Part shown: in pieces, positions 62,624 to 64,000 of the stretch
Numbering within the stretch: the first letter of the stretch is position 1
Layout: each line of letters begins with the position of its first letter
Assembly: GCA_015711955.1 (NCBI GenBank)
Contig: MU158684.1
Span: 11,815 to 75,814, forward strand
Reading direction: 5' to 3'
Source: Actinomycetota bacterium
GTDB taxonomy: Bacteria > Actinomycetota > Geothermincolia > Geothermincolales > RBG-13-55-18
DNA: 64,000 nucleotides
Translations under genes and position numbers: made by a program
Notes under the pieces: generated by a model
The model's database searches: none
The model's input: the letters and a program-made list of their open reading frames with translations, nothing else
What the model was told of the DNA's origin: nothing

Positions 62624-62929
62624 GCCTGACATTTCTTTCCACGCAAAGAACCGGCCCATTGTCACCGCAGGCCCTCGCACGGCCAACGTTGAAGCTCCGT
62701 AAAGTACCGTCCCGGGTTCCCTTCCGCGGATGTGTTGGGGCAACAGGTTGAGGGTTGTGGGTCAGGTAAGAACGGTCGGGCTGGGGTTTTTGTCAAATGT
62801 TTAGCCTTGCAAAACATATGAGCATGGACAATATAATACGTCAGTGGTGTGCGGGAACGGTAACCGTGGAAGTTCGTGGTTTGGGAAAGGAATAGTTAAA
62901 GCCACAAAGGGATAAGAGGGAGCCGAAAG

Positions 62930-64000
62930 ATGCTGTCCAGGGTTTTCGAATGGCTGGCCTCCCACAGTTTGAGGAGGCCGTGGTTGGTGGTAATGGTCCT
63001 CGCCGCCATCACCTTGGTGTTGGGAGCGGGGGCTTACCGTATCCGGCAGGAGTTCAGCTACAAGTCCATGCTTCCCCGGGATAAGGAATCGGTGAAAGTG
63101 ATGGAGGAAGCGGGGGAACTATTCGGTGGAACCTTAGAGGAGCAGGTGTTACTCGAAGGCGAACGGGTCCTGGCTGGCTCCACCCTGAGGAAGGTTGCGG
63201 GTTTTGAGGAGGTTTTGAGGGGCCGAGAAGACCTTTGGGGTGTTTTCGTGCGGGATGTGCGTACCCCCTTGGACGACATGGTTTACATCCCGGGAGGCGA
63301 TCTAGCCGCGGCCATTAGCGACGGTGCCCGAGGTGATTACCTGCTGGACAAGCTGGACGGGATGGGCAATGACGAATTGGAGAAGCAGGTCAGGCTGAAC
63401 ATGGAGCTCAACGCATTGCGGTCCTCTCTCACCGGTTTCTCTCGACCGCTAAACATCTCCCTGATGGTCGTGCGCTTCTAATAAATGTCTCCCTGAATCC
63501 GGACCTGGACAGCCAAGAACAGATAAGGTTTGCCGACCCCTATGGGGAACTTGTGTTCCGGCACTTCGAGGAGCCCGGGATAGAGATCTTTCTCAGCGGT
63601 GCCGCCACCATGAGCAGGGACTCCAACCGTCGTGCAATGAAGGATACCCGGATCCTCTTCTTAATGGCCTTCCTGTTTATCCTCTTTGTCCTCTACTTAA
63701 CCTTCCGTAGCCTATCCGACGTGGTCATGACCGTCACGGTGATCCTCCTAACCGTGGTCTGGGTGGTAGGCCTTCAGGGGTGGCTGGGTTTCCCTTTCAC
63801 CTATCAGAGTTCGGGCATATTGCCGCTGCTGCTGGGCATCGACATAGCCTACGCCATCCACGTGCTTTCCAGGTATTACGAGGAAAGGAGGGAAGGGAAA
63901 GACGTTGCCTTTTCCGCCGATAGGTCAGTGGTGACGGTGGGCATGGCCGTCTTTCTAACCGCAGCCACCACTGCCTTCGGGTTCGCCTCCTTCGGAATCT
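62930..64000 (+). pseudogene. MMPL/RND-family transporter with apparent frameshift near 63475, truncated by window edge
   Basis: 62930..63481 (frame 2) ends MVVRF*; frame 1 from 63475 continues LLINVSLNPDLDSQEQIRFADPYGELVFRHFEEPGIEIFLSG...GIDIAYAIHVLSRYYEERREGKDVAFSADRSVVTVGMAVFLTAATTAFGFASFG. Could be an assembly error rather than a real pseudogene. Confidence 0.75.

Noticed and set aside
63479-63484. Possible second selenocysteine/recoding site in the MMPL gene
   Set aside because: The stops are TAA TAA, not TGA, and downstream homology resumes in a different frame, so it is a frameshift rather than Sec.

Overview
64 kb window of a high-GC bacterial chromosome. The gene set (HelY-like Ski2 helicase, GAF-ANTAR protein, many redox enzymes) suggests an anaerobic or microaerophilic actinobacterium-like lineage. 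Most of it is housekeeping: uppS-like, glyQS, ppdK, dgt, dnaG, rpoD, trxB, ftsH, carAB, one tRNA-Asn, regulators, lipoproteins and transporters. The strongest observation is a probable selenoprotein that the ORF track splits in two. A peroxiredoxin (about 35669..36400, +) has an in-frame TGA exactly at the peroxidatic cysteine (DFTFV-[TGA]-PTEL). A perfect 8-bp hairpin with a GGUC loop follows it at bacterial-SECIS spacing. It sits in an oxygen-defence island: an encapsulin-associated-type ferritin-like protein, the Sec-peroxiredoxin, desulfoferrodoxin and rubrerythrin. Other points of interest: a fused tandem histidine kinase whose second half is degenerate; an HndA/HndC-like NADH-dehydrogenase module joined to an FMN-domain glutamate-synthase-like protein; a cis-prenyltransferase lacking a conserved metal-binding Glu; an H1-like basic tail fused to an HTH; a PAS/GAF sensor with no output domain; a frameshifted MMPL transporter at the right edge; and several small direct or inverted repeats. 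No CRISPR array, rRNA operon or intact mobile element was seen.
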